Below are positions 1-9,192 of a stretch of DNA of 36,764 nucleotides, piece by piece. Source of the DNA: Faecousia sp. (GTDB lineage Bacteria > Bacillota > Clostridia > Oscillospirales > Oscillospiraceae). The position numbers and the translations under genes are program-made. Location of the stretch: assembly GCA_045580465.1 (NCBI GenBank), contig JAZNNV010000250.1, positions 1-36,764 on the forward strand, written 5' to 3'. The first letter of the stretch is position 1, and each line of letters starts with the position of its first letter. The notes beneath the pieces were generated by a model. The model ran no database searches. It was not told the origin of the DNA and saw only the letters and a program-made list of their open reading frames with translations.

Positions 1-171
1 GAAGTAGGATACTCCATCCTTGACAATGGTCTTGGACGGTGTTTCCTGCTGATCCTGACCGTTGGAAAAGACGATATGCAGGATCTGTGCGATGCTGCAC
101 AAAACAATCAGCGCCAAAAGTACAAAAACAAGGATATAGAGGACATCAGAAACGTGCTTTCGATTCTTCAT
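1..171 (-). CDS. 5' part of a membrane-anchored protein, probably LCP (LytR-CpsA-Psr) family; runs off the window edge
   Basis: Not in the ORF track. My translation from ATG at 171, with RBS-like GGAGGGAGAG upstream: MKNRKHVSDVLYILVFVLLALIVLCSIAQILHIVFSNGQDQQETPSKTIVKDGVSYF. It has one N-terminal TM helix. The LCP call rests only on resemblance to clostridial LCP N-termini and on the polysaccharide-locus context. Confidence 0.55.
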   Translation of the reverse strand, partial: MKNRKHVSDVLYILVFVLLALIVLCSIAQILHIVFSNGQDQQETPSKTIVKDGVSYF

Positions 172-203
172 ACTCTCCCTCCGTTCATTTGTACTTTGGG
201 AAA

Positions 204-887
204 TCAGCGGCTGTGCTTACGGCGCATTGCCAACAATGCAATCGCAGCGCAGGAGGAGACGACCATCAGGAGGATCCATCCGGTCAGTTCTTTGTTCATC
301 TTGTCAAAGGTGGGAGACGGGGGCTTCACGGTCTCATCCTCCACACAGAAGGCAAGGATGCCCGTTTTGTCAAGCTCAATGGTGACCGTTCCGTCGCCAT
401 TGTTCACAACATTGTCGACCGGCTTCCAGCCATCGTCATAGATGTATACCAGCACCGGCACATCAGGCTCCACACCCAGGTCGAAGGTGAGCGTGAGGTC
501 CACATCACCGTCATAAAACACCGGATCTGCGTCGGGATCGTCGTTCTTATAGATGATGCTGACATCGATCAGATCCCGGATGACATAGTTCTTGTCGTCC
601 GGAAACGGGATTCTCTCGTCGCCGTCAACCAGGTCCTCGTAAATCTTGGCAAGCTCCTGCTCTACCTCATTTCTGTCGTCCGCCTCGGTATCGATGGCAT
701 CTGACACGGGTGTGATCAGGATGTCCAGTTCCTTGCCTGCCGATGTAGGGGGCGTGATCTCAGGATCACCAACCAGTTCGGGATGATCCTTATAAGAGAT
801 GCTGGGAACAAAATCCTCAGCCGCCACCGGCAGAACGACGACACCGCAAAGGGCGACCGCGATCAACAGGGCTATCAATTTTTTCAT
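204..887 (-). CDS. Acidic secreted protein with a C-terminal sorting-like signal (PPSPTFD, TM helix, RRKHSR)
   Basis: Start moved to ATG 887 (RBS CGGAG upstream). Sec signal peptide MKKLIALL...PVAA|ED, an Asp/Glu-rich beta-type domain, then a hydrophobic helix and basic tail. Confidence 0.75.
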   Translation of the reverse strand: MKKLIALLIAVALCGVVVLPVAAEDFVPSISYKDHPELVGDPEITPPTSAGKELDILITPVSDAIDTEADDRNEVEQELAKIYEDLVDGDERIPFPDDKNYVIRDLIDVSIIYKNDDPDADPVFYDGDVDLTLTFDLGVEPDVPVLVYIYDDGWKPVDNVVNNGDGTVTIELDKTGILAFCVEDETVKPPSPTFDKMNKELTGWILLMVVSSCAAIALLAMRRKHSR

Positions 888-930
888 AATACCACTCCGT
901 TTCATTCAAGGGTGTGTCGTACCATGCCAC

Positions 931-1638
931 TCAGGGCAATGTTTTTATTACTCTTTTTTCGTATATGCGAATGCGCTCAAGCGCATCAGCTCCTATTTTT
1001 GCACCAATCCGTTCCACTGCAGCCGCAAGATTGGGCTTGCGCTCCACCAAGTCATGGCAGTCAGAGCCAAGCAGATGGATGTAGTCCTCCCGCAGCAGGC
1101 GCAGCATCAGCCTCTCAAAATGCCGATCGGTAAAAGCTTCTGCATTCGCCTGTACCAGTACCGGCAGCTGCGCCAGACGTTGCGGGATCCGATATGTTCG
1201 CCACGGACCGATGTAGCGGTCAATATGGGCGATGATCGGAACAAGGCGCTGTCGTTCCCAAATCGCTCTGAGCTCAGAGAACATCGCCTCATTCCATGGC
1301 GGGGCGGGCATTTCAATGAGAACGCAGTTGGTTCCCCGGATCTTCAGCTCATTCAAAAATGCCGTTTCACTGATGCCGCGGAAAAAACTGATTTCTGCGC
1401 CTACAAGAAGCTCCGGCAAGCCGGTATGCTTTTCCATTTCATTGCGCAGCAGCTGCTCCGCGCGGTCTCTTTTTTGCAGGAACTGCTCCAGCCGGTCCTT
1501 CCGTGTGTAGAAGTGCGGTGTTGCAACCACATGGGTGATCCCCTGCTGTGCTTCCATACAAAGCAGTTCAATGGACATTTCACATGAAGAGCTCCCGTCG
1601 TCAATGTTTGGTAAAATATGACTGTGGAAGTCGACCAT
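931..1638 (-). CDS. cpsB: PHP-family protein-tyrosine phosphatase (CpsB/CapC/YwqE type)
   Basis: Motifs DFHSHILPNIDDG, VATPHF, GAEI, LIEMP, IIAHIDRY and LGSDCHD; adjacent to a BY-kinase gene. Confidence 0.92.
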   Translation of the reverse strand: MVDFHSHILPNIDDGSSSCEMSIELLCMEAQQGITHVVATPHFYTRKDRLEQFLQKRDRAEQLLRNEMEKHTGLPELLVGAEISFFRGISETAFLNELKIRGTNCVLIEMPAPPWNEAMFSELRAIWERQRLVPIIAHIDRYIGPWRTYRIPQRLAQLPVLVQANAEAFTDRHFERLMLRLLREDYIHLLGSDCHDLVERKPNLAAAVERIGAKIGADALERIRIYEKRVIKTLP

Positions 1639-1650
1639 GGTGTGCCGTCC

Positions 1651-3240
1651 TTATTCTGTCTTTTCGGCTTCTTCGGCCTTTTCCTGACGCGGGGGCTGAC
1701 CGTAATTTCTGCCGTAGCCTCTGTAGCCGCGATAGTAGCCGCGATAATAGCCGTAGCCGTAGCCATAGCGCTTATAGTAGCGATGCAGGTACTTATAGCT
1801 GTAGCCCGCTGCCTCATCCGTTGTATAGTTGAAGACGATACCCAGAATTCTGGCGCCGACAAACTCAAACTGGCGCAGGGTCTCTCTGAGCGCAACACGG
1901 TTACAGTAATTCTGACGGACCACCAGCAGCATACCATCAGCGATCTTGGCAGTGGTCAATGCGTCACCGACCTCGCCGACGGGAGGCAGGTCGAGGATCA
2001 GGTAGTCATAGTTCTGACGCAGCTTTTCCAGTGTCCGTTCCATTTTCTTGGAGCCCAGCAGCTCCATGGGGTTGGGGGGGATATTGCCGGAGGAGATGAC
2101 ATGGAAGGCATGCTCATCGGATTTGATGTTGCAGTACTGGATCAGATGCTCTTCCGTGACCTGACCGGACAGGAAATCCGACAGACCGGGGGCGGACTGA
2201 ACATCCAGCTTGTCTGCAACGGAGGGGCAGCGCATATCACAGTCAAGCAGCAGGACGCGCTTGCCCAGCTGCGACAGAGAATAAGCGAGGTTAACCGCGG
2301 TCAAGCTCTTGCCTTCGCCTGCCAGCGCACTACTGACACCGATAATATGGCACTGACTGTTGTCTGTAAAGGAGAACTGCAGCTTAGTGCGCAGCAGCTT
2401 GTAGGCTTCGGATGCGGCAAAGCTGATGCTCGGACCGATCAGCTCCATGTTGCCGTCGGCGTCCTGCTGGCGATAGCCGTAGCTATAGGAATACCTGCGG
2501 TACTTGTAATAGCCACTTTTGGCAGGCTTATCCATATTGGGAACAGTTGCCAAAATGGGGCGACCCTCTGCTGTGCGCAGAACGTCCTCTTCCTTGCGGA
2601 TGACCACATCAAACAGCTCACGCAGGATAACGACCACGCAAACCGTCAACGCTCCGATCAAAAAGCCGATCAGTGTATTGGTGGTATAGTTCGGTGAGCT
2701 GGGGCTGGAGGGAACAATTGCAGAGTCAACGATTTTTGCGGTGGTGCCGTTGATGATGCTGTCGATGCGCTTCGGAAGAATGTAGGCAATGGCGCTGGCA
2801 ATGCGCTCCGCCTCCACCGGCTCGGTGTGGGTGACGACCACGCGGAAGATTTCCGTTGAATCCACAGCTGCTGCCGAGATCATTCCCTTGACCGTACCAT
2901 ACGAGTATTTGACACCGGCATAATCGATAACATCATTGATCGTTTCGCGGGTGTTTAAGATAACGATATAGGACTTAACAAGACCGCGGGAAGCGGAAAT
3001 ATCCGCTGAGGTAATGCTTCCGATGGAAACATCGCCCAAGGACAGAGAGTTGTTATTGACGTAGAACATAACCGAAGACTGATACTTCGGCTCCACAAGG
3101 AAAATGGTGCCAACCAGTGTCAGCGCCGCGCAAAGAACTGCAACGATTCCGATCACCCACACCTTATTCATCAAAGCAGAGAATATACGTTGTAAATCAA
3201 TCGTTATTTCTCCGCTTCTCTCCACATTCTTTTCTTCCAT
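1651..3240 (-). CDS. Fused chain-length regulator (Wzz/CpsC) and BY tyrosine kinase (CpsD/CapB), Wzc-like
   Basis: N-terminal two-TM Wzz-like part (PKYQSS...PSSPN), Walker A GEGKS, A' LLLDCDMR, Walker B LILDLPP, and a Tyr-rich C-terminal tail. RBS GGGAGG. Confidence 0.92.
   Translation of the reverse strand: MEEKNVERSGEITIDLQRIFSALMNKVWVIGIVAVLCAALTLVGTIFLVEPKYQSSVMFYVNNNSLSLGDVSIGSITSADISASRGLVKSYIVILNTRETINDVIDYAGVKYSYGTVKGMISAAAVDSTEIFRVVVTHTEPVEAERIASAIAYILPKRIDSIINGTTAKIVDSAIVPSSPSSPNYTTNTLIGFLIGALTVCVVVILRELFDVVIRKEEDVLRTAEGRPILATVPNMDKPAKSGYYKYRRYSYSYGYRQQDADGNMELIGPSISFAASEAYKLLRTKLQFSFTDNSQCHIIGVSSALAGEGKSLTAVNLAYSLSQLGKRVLLLDCDMRCPSVADKLDVQSAPGLSDFLSGQVTEEHLIQYCNIKSDEHAFHVISSGNIPPNPMELLGSKKMERTLEKLRQNYDYLILDLPPVGEVGDALTTAKIADGMLLVVRQNYCNRVALRETLRQFEFVGARILGIVFNYTTDEAAGYSYKYLHRYYKRYGYGYGYYRGYYRGYRGYGRNYGQPPRQEKAEEAEKTE
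1711..1770. repeat. Short tandem repeats (TAGCCG and TAGCCGCGATAR units) encoding the GY/GYYR tyrosine cluster
   Basis: + strand ...tagccgcgatag tagccgcgataa tagccg tagccg tagcc... encodes YGYGYGYYRGYYRGYRGY on the minus strand. Confidence 0.7.
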
Positions 3241-3306
3241 AAAAGCCTCCCGATTTTTCTGGAAAACTGTTCCGGCGTATCAAGCGATACTACTTCATGA
3301 TACTTT

Positions 3307-3335
3307 ATCATACCAGTTTTTATCAACGAAGTCAA
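3307..3335 (-). promoter_or_regulatory. Sigma-A-type internal promoter for the kinase and phosphatase genes
   Basis: Minus strand TTGACT (3335-3330), 17-nt spacer, TATGAT (3312-3307), with an extended TG; the -35 overlaps the wzx stop codon. Confidence 0.7.
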
Positions 3336-4786
3336 GCGCCGGATTCAGTCAGCTGCTTTTTCCCCTTTAACATCGTCAGGAAATTACGCACAACTTCATT
3401 TTTTGTAAGCACTACTGCCACCAGATACACAACAACGCCGGTGCCAACCGACAGCATCAGCGACAGCAGTGGATCTTCGAACGATCCCCGAACCGCAAGC
3501 ACCGCAGCAGCCATTGCCGCCGCGCTGACCAGCAGGCTGAGCAGATAACGCCTGCCGAGTTTCGGTTTGGCAAGCTTCAGCGCGTGCCGCAGGATCAATC
3601 CATTGATCAGCAATTCACTGGCAACTGTGGCGATCGCCGCGCCCAGATGCTGCATTTTCGGAATCAGCAGCAAATTGATTGCCACATTGGCAATGCCGGC
3701 TGCGATACGGGGTTTGATCAGCAGCTTTTCACTTCCGGAACTGATGACCATTTGGTAACAGAGCAGATTTCCTACGCCCATGATCAGCACAGTTACCGAC
3801 ATGATCTGCAGCGACAATGCCGCAGGCTGGAATTCCGCGCCAAACAGTGCCACCACCAGATCATCGGCAACCAAAGCGATGCCGATGCAGGCAGGGAGTG
3901 CCAAAAACAGTATGATTTTTGTGCCGATCGAGATCAGTTCCTCAAACTGCTCCCGACAGTGCCGGAAGGTATAGCTCAAGCGCGGCATAAATACAGCCGA
4001 GATCGCCGTGACCAGCGTTGATCCGATGGTAATCGCCTTCCACGCATTGGAATAAAAGCCGACGGACTCATCTGTCGCAAGCCGACCGAGAATCGTTACG
4101 TTTAATTTGCTGTAAATACTGCCGATGATCGCGCTGAATGCCAACACCGCAACAGGCTTGAGATGCTGCTTCATGTTCAGACCGCGCACGGTCAGCTTTA
4201 CTTTTTTTCTTGCGTGAATGATGTTGAAAATATTATTTCCGCCAATGCCCAGGCAGTGGATCAGCGCATAGACAGGATAATCCTGCGGCTGTTTGACAAA
4301 CAAAAACAGCATTACCAGTGAGAGGAGCTTGATCAGCACACTTCTGACCGTGATATACACATATTCCTCTTCGCCCTCATAAAACCAGTCGATATTGATG
4401 TAGTTGAAGAGAATCTCTATGCCACAAACAAGATACAGCAGCGGGCTGTCGGAAACCCCGAATGCCAGCGCTGCGTAAAAAGCAGCGGAAAGAATGGTCG
4501 TGGATATTCCGTTAAGCAGGAACAGTTCGCTGAACAGCTTTTGCACCGCCGGCGGATTATTTCGGCATTTTGCAATTTCACGGGTGCCGTAGTTGGGAAT
4601 TCCCAGCATGGCAAACAGTATGAAATACGAAACGATATTTTGCACATCGGCAACTTTTCCCACGCCGGACGGTCCCAGCACTCTGGACACATAGGCTGCG
4701 GAAACCAGCGGAAAAAGCACGTTCAGAATTCTGTACGCAATATTGAACACGGCATTTTTTGCCAAAGATTTTTCTTTTTTTTGCAT
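3332..4786 (-). CDS. wzx: Polysaccharide flippase (Wzx, MOP/PST family)
   Basis: Many TM helices; SLAKNAVFN...PLVSAAYVSRVLGP, LGIPNYGTREIA, VGFYSNA, VFMPRLS, NLLLIP..GAAIAT. Confidence 0.93.
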   Translation of the reverse strand: MQKKEKSLAKNAVFNIAYRILNVLFPLVSAAYVSRVLGPSGVGKVADVQNIVSYFILFAMLGIPNYGTREIAKCRNNPPAVQKLFSELFLLNGISTTILSAAFYAALAFGVSDSPLLYLVCGIEILFNYINIDWFYEGEEEYVYITVRSVLIKLLSLVMLFLFVKQPQDYPVYALIHCLGIGGNNIFNIIHARKKVKLTVRGLNMKQHLKPVAVLAFSAIIGSIYSKLNVTILGRLATDESVGFYSNAWKAITIGSTLVTAISAVFMPRLSYTFRHCREQFEELISIGTKIILFLALPACIGIALVADDLVVALFGAEFQPAALSLQIMSVTVLIMGVGNLLCYQMVISSGSEKLLIKPRIAAGIANVAINLLLIPKMQHLGAAIATVASELLINGLILRHALKLAKPKLGRRYLLSLLVSAAAMAAAVLAVRGSFEDPLLSLMLSVGTGVVVYLVAVVLTKNEVVRNFLTMLKGKKQLTESGA

Positions 4787-4812
4787 AGGCGTTCGCCGTG
4801 CACCTCTTTTCG

Positions 4813-5637
4813 TTACTTTTTTGCGATTAGTTTATTGAGCACAAATCGCACAGTTCCTCTGAAGCCTCTGCTTCGCAGCTGCCGCTTGACTCTGTAGGGG
4901 AAGCTTTCCAGGTTGCCAAGCCATCTTCCCACGTTGGGTCCGAATTTTCTGTTCACCGCGGCTTGGAAACGACGGCTGCGCAATTCCTCTTTTGTCAGCC
5001 ACGAGGAGTGATAATGGTGAATGGAGCGGGTGTTTTCCGTGATCTCGATCTCATCCGTCTGATACATGATCGGACAGAAATAGTCCCACGGATAGATCCA
5101 GATCCCCGCAACCTCCTGCGGTACATCCTTTTGCTTCAAATCGTACCGGGTCAGGATTTCTGTTGTATACTGTACGACCGTCACCTGATTGCTGGTGCCA
5201 TCCGGGTTTTTATAGCGCTTTTTTCGGTACTCCTCCAAAATTTCCCCATAAAACGGCATCTGCGGATAGGACGCCATTCCCAGACCCGGATTAACCAGCA
5301 TTTTATTCTCCATGCTCCGCTCCACGCCAAAAAAGGGTCCTCTGTCCAGAATGTCCTCAATAGGGGCGATCAGCTCAACATCCACATCAAAGTAGATGCC
5401 GCCATACTGATACAGAATATCAAATCTGGCATAGTCGCTTACAAATGCCCATTTTTTCTCTTCGTAGGCTTCCTCGATATACGGGCAGGCATGAATATTA
5501 TAGTTGGACTCATCCCAGCATTTGATCTCATAGCCGGGACAGAATTCTTTCCAGCTCTCAATGCATTTCAGAGCCGGTTCCGGCAGCGGATTTCCGCCAA
5601 ACCAGCAATAATGAATAACACGTGGAATGAAACTCAT
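4813..5637 (-). CDS. Glycosyltransferase, GT32 / DXD sugar-binding family
   Basis: IPRVIHYCWFG, WAFVSDYARFDILYQYGGIYFDVDVE, SIHHY..SW. Confidence 0.92.
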   Translation of the reverse strand: MSFIPRVIHYCWFGGNPLPEPALKCIESWKEFCPGYEIKCWDESNYNIHACPYIEEAYEEKKWAFVSDYARFDILYQYGGIYFDVDVELIAPIEDILDRGPFFGVERSMENKMLVNPGLGMASYPQMPFYGEILEEYRKKRYKNPDGTSNQVTVVQYTTEILTRYDLKQKDVPQEVAGIWIYPWDYFCPIMYQTDEIEITENTRSIHHYHSSWLTKEELRSRRFQAAVNRKFGPNVGRWLGNLESFPYRVKRQLRSRGFRGTVRFVLNKLIAKK

Positions 5638-5714
5638 GTTGATGCCCCCCTTTCTGCTTCAGGCAGGCTGCGGCATTTTCACCGTCAACCTCCCCGTTTA
5701 TTTGAAATTATTTC

Positions 5715-7028
5715 TCAGGCAGCCGGTTTTGTCTCCGCATTTTGAACGCGGCGCTCCTCCGCCCGCTTTTCCCGATCCAGTGCAAAGGGCACAGCAAGGA
5801 CAAAGAATGCCATGTATCCCGCCTCACTGCGCAGACTGGAATTATAGATTGAGAATATGATACAGCAGATCGTTATGATTCTGCCCAGACGGCAGTAGCT
5901 TTTCAGCATTCCATCACTTCTGTGTTCGATCTGCAAAATCGAAAAATACACAGCAAGAAAGAAACCGAAATAGAGGATCAAGCCGATCCAGCCGGTCTCC
6001 AGATACACCGTCGCATAGGAGAACCACAGATAGTGCGTCTGACCGTAGAGTTCGAAAAAGGGCGTGACCAGAAATTCATAGCCTGCTGTATCGGCATTTC
6101 CGAGACCGATGCCAAACAACCGCTCCGCGCCGCTGAGGAGCCACTCGTCGTTAATAAACGCAATCGCATTGAGACGATTGATGTCGTTACGGCCCGTATA
6201 GCCCTTGTCCGAAGTTGCCATATCCAGCAGATATTCCACTGAGAAAAAGCCTTCAAAGCCAAACAGCTTCTCAAGCAGCGGGACAAAAAGAAGGATCGCC
6301 GCGATTGAAACAGCAGCTGCCCAAAACTTGCGCCACGTAAAGTTTGTAAAGAACGTCGCCAGCAGAACGATTAGACCGATAAGAATAAAGAAGAACTTGA
6401 TCTCTGCCAACGAAACCACCAGCAGCGCCGCCACGCACTTGAAAAGAAATTTGCGGAAACTCACCCTTTTTTCAAGGTAGTCCAAAAGATCTTTTGTCAG
6501 CACGATCAGGAAGAAGATCATAGTGTAGGCATTCGCGCCGGAATCCACGCCAAACAAGCCGCCCAGATGGTCACCCTTCAGGTCGAAGGCAAAATACTGA
6601 ACCATGGAAACCGCAACATTCACCCAGAACAGCACATCAAACAGCTTGAAGAAGCCCTGAATGTCATCCTTCTTCAAGAACATCGCAAACGCAAAGAACG
6701 CTGCATAAAAGCGGAACGCGTTACGGGCGCCCCACAAATAAAAAAACAGCGACTGGAACTGCGCCACATAGGAAACAGCTGTATAAATCACGTACACAAG
6801 GACCACACGAAAAACGATCTTGGTGCCGGAATCGATGCCTTGCTGCCATCCCATAACCGAAAATACGAGAAGGAGCGCCCATGTCACATCCAACGAGTAG
6901 CGCAAGAAATACGGCAATCCCAGAAGCTCTGTCAGAAGAGCGAAGAAAAAGGGCAGCACGATAAGAAGCCATAAAAACCGATATGTCTGTGTGCGCTTTT
7001 TGATTGTAATAGTCAGCGATGTGTTCAT
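5715..7028 (-). CDS. wzy: Probable polysaccharide polymerase (Wzy / O-antigen ligase-like)
   Basis: About 10-11 TM helices with a large late loop (RLNAI...LFGIGLGN, ETGWIG); lies among glycosyltransferases next to wzx. Confidence 0.75.
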   Translation of the reverse strand: MNTSLTITIKKRTQTYRFLWLLIVLPFFFALLTELLGLPYFLRYSLDVTWALLLVFSVMGWQQGIDSGTKIVFRVVLVYVIYTAVSYVAQFQSLFFYLWGARNAFRFYAAFFAFAMFLKKDDIQGFFKLFDVLFWVNVAVSMVQYFAFDLKGDHLGGLFGVDSGANAYTMIFFLIVLTKDLLDYLEKRVSFRKFLFKCVAALLVVSLAEIKFFFILIGLIVLLATFFTNFTWRKFWAAAVSIAAILLFVPLLEKLFGFEGFFSVEYLLDMATSDKGYTGRNDINRLNAIAFINDEWLLSGAERLFGIGLGNADTAGYEFLVTPFFELYGQTHYLWFSYATVYLETGWIGLILYFGFFLAVYFSILQIEHRSDGMLKSYCRLGRIITICCIIFSIYNSSLRSEAGYMAFFVLAVPFALDREKRAEERRVQNAETKPAA

Positions 7029-7056
7029 ATGCCAAATGCCTCTGCTTGTTCAGTAA

Positions 7057-8097
7057 TTACGTCATCCTGTTCTGGACTGCCAGCATGGCATGACACAGTA
7101 CCGTCAGTCGGTTGCGCATTGCCCAGAATAACAGCTTCTTTTTTATTGGGAGCTTATCGTTTTTTCGTTCCTGCAGCGCCTTCTGAAGCTCCTCATTGAA
7201 CAGGATGCTGTGAATTTTTGCTCTTTTTTCTTTGTAGCTTCCTCCGAACGCAGCCTCATGCTTCAGCGCCGCGATCACCAGGGAAAGATAGATCCCGCTG
7301 ATGCGCTCTGTCACCTCTTGGGGATATTCGAGGGTTTGACAAAGCTCTTTCAGTGCCCCGTAAAAGTGGCATACCCTACCGAACCGATTGGGCTGATAGG
7401 AACGGGAAATGGATGCCATATTTCGGTAATAATTGTAGCATGCCAGCGGCAGGATATACACCGACTCCAGGTCTGCGCACAGCGCGATCACGGAATAATA
7501 ATCCTCCGGTGAGATCTCCCGTTCGGACACAAAGCGCCAGTTGCGCTTGCGGATGCTGCGCATGGAGATCAGTCTTGTACAGCCGCTCATGGAAAGACCG
7601 TACTCCGCGCCGGTTTCCGGATCCGGACCGATCAGCTTCGGCAAAAAATCCTTTTGGACTTCCTCGCCTATGTAGCAATCCTTCGGCGGATGGGGGATCT
7701 CGACCGCAAGGGTCTTCCCTTCCGGACCAACCACCTGCATTCCAAAGCAGACCATATCCGCATCCTGCTGCGTTGCCACAGCGCAGGCACGCTCGATGGT
7801 GAACAGCTCAAGGTAGTCATCACTGTCCACGAAGCAAATATAATCCCCAGTCGCCTGATCAATGCCGCTGTTTCGTGCCCTGCCCAGTCCTTCGTTTGTT
7901 TTATGAATAACTTTAACACGGCTGTCCCTGATTGCCCATTGGTCACACAGCCGGGGGCATTCATCCGGCGAACCGTCGTCCACCAGAATGATCTCCAGAT
8001 TTTTATAGGTCTGATTGATGATACTTTCCACGCATCTGTCCAGATATTCCTCCGTCTTATAGACGGGAATAACAACGGACACCAAAGGATTATTCAT
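7057..8097 (-). CDS. Glycosyltransferase family 2
   Basis: VSVVIPVYK, IILVDDGSPD, GLGRARNSG, YICFVDSDD. Confidence 0.95.
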   Translation of the reverse strand: MNNPLVSVVIPVYKTEEYLDRCVESIINQTYKNLEIILVDDGSPDECPRLCDQWAIRDSRVKVIHKTNEGLGRARNSGIDQATGDYICFVDSDDYLELFTIERACAVATQQDADMVCFGMQVVGPEGKTLAVEIPHPPKDCYIGEEVQKDFLPKLIGPDPETGAEYGLSMSGCTRLISMRSIRKRNWRFVSEREISPEDYYSVIALCADLESVYILPLACYNYYRNMASISRSYQPNRFGRVCHFYGALKELCQTLEYPQEVTERISGIYLSLVIAALKHEAAFGGSYKEKRAKIHSILFNEELQKALQERKNDKLPIKKKLLFWAMRNRLTVLCHAMLAVQNRMT

Positions 8098-9176
8098 ACA
8101 TTTCTCTCCTCTTCACAGATGCGCAGCAGGCGAAGGTGTGATTGGACATTTTCTTCAATGGTAAAGCGCTCGACAGTTTTCAGCAGGAAGCGAGCGTATG
8201 CTTCCTTGTCTTCCATTTCCCGGAAGCAGTTAATGCAACGAAGCAGGTCCTCCGCATCACCCGGCTTTGCCAAAAGCTGCGGATAGTCATCCGCCAAAAA
8301 TTCCACCGCGGAACCGCTGCCCCACGTTGAGATCACCGGCATGCCAAAGGAGGCAGCCTCGTTGACTACCAGACCCCAGCACTCCTGCCGGGAGGGCAGC
8401 ACCAGCATGGCGCAGGTGCGGTATTCTTTTTCCAGCTCTGCCTTCTGCAGGAACGGAATGATCTCCACGTTTTCCGGAATTCTCCCTGTAAAATCCTGCA
8501 GGAACTGTTCTGTGCGATTTCCCATGCCTACCAGCTTGTAGCGATGGTCAGGGTCCATTCTTGCCGCTTCCAGTGCAACATCAATTCCCTTTACCCCCAA
8601 ATATTGTCCCACAACCAAAACAGTATCATTTCGCTGTTCATGGGCAGCTTCTCTGTGTGCCGTCACTTCCTGCTCGGAAAGGGACGAGAACTGATAGGTA
8701 GTGATGGGACTGTCGCCGCTGACGACCTTCAATGACTCCTTTGCCTTTTCGCCGGCGATGACATACTTGGACGCGCCCCGCAGAACAAATCGCTTAATGC
8801 GATTTTTGAAGGTCGGCGCTTTCAGAAAGGGTTCGCCGTCAATATTGACGATGTAAGGCTTTCCAAAGAGCTTCATGGCAAAAAGTGCCATCAACTCCAC
8901 CGGGGAATTGTAGCAGCCCACAATGACCTCGTCATAGCCGGAAAACACTTCCCGGAGAATTCCAAGGGAGAAGGCGCTCTCCCGTCCGATGGGAATTCCT
9001 TTCAAATACTTTTTTTTGCAAGCCTGCTGTTCACTCTTCGCCCAAACCGCATCCCGGTTGGAGGAGCGCTTCCGTTCATAAAGAACGGTCAGGTCGCAAT
9101 GCTTTGCCAGTTCATTGAAAAAGCGCACGCGGTACGGAACTTCAATATTGGAAAGATACAATACTTTTTTCATCAC
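8094..9176 (-). CDS. Glycosyltransferase family 4
   Basis: PYRVRFFNEL, KGIDV, PSRQECWGLVVNEAASFGMPVI (E-x7-E); 4-nt overlap with the next gene. Confidence 0.92.
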   Translation of the reverse strand: MMKKVLYLSNIEVPYRVRFFNELAKHCDLTVLYERKRSSNRDAVWAKSEQQACKKKYLKGIPIGRESAFSLGILREVFSGYDEVIVGCYNSPVELMALFAMKLFGKPYIVNIDGEPFLKAPTFKNRIKRFVLRGASKYVIAGEKAKESLKVVSGDSPITTYQFSSLSEQEVTAHREAAHEQRNDTVLVVGQYLGVKGIDVALEAARMDPDHRYKLVGMGNRTEQFLQDFTGRIPENVEIIPFLQKAELEKEYRTCAMLVLPSRQECWGLVVNEAASFGMPVISTWGSGSAVEFLADDYPQLLAKPGDAEDLLRCINCFREMEDKEAYARFLLKTVERFTIEENVQSHLRLLRICEEERNV

Positions 9177-9192
9177 GCACGTTCCTTTGGTT

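Noticed and set aside
1700-1810. Repeat array resembling CRISPR
   Set aside because: These are 6-12-bp coding repeats of the kinase Tyr cluster, with no spacers or cas genes.
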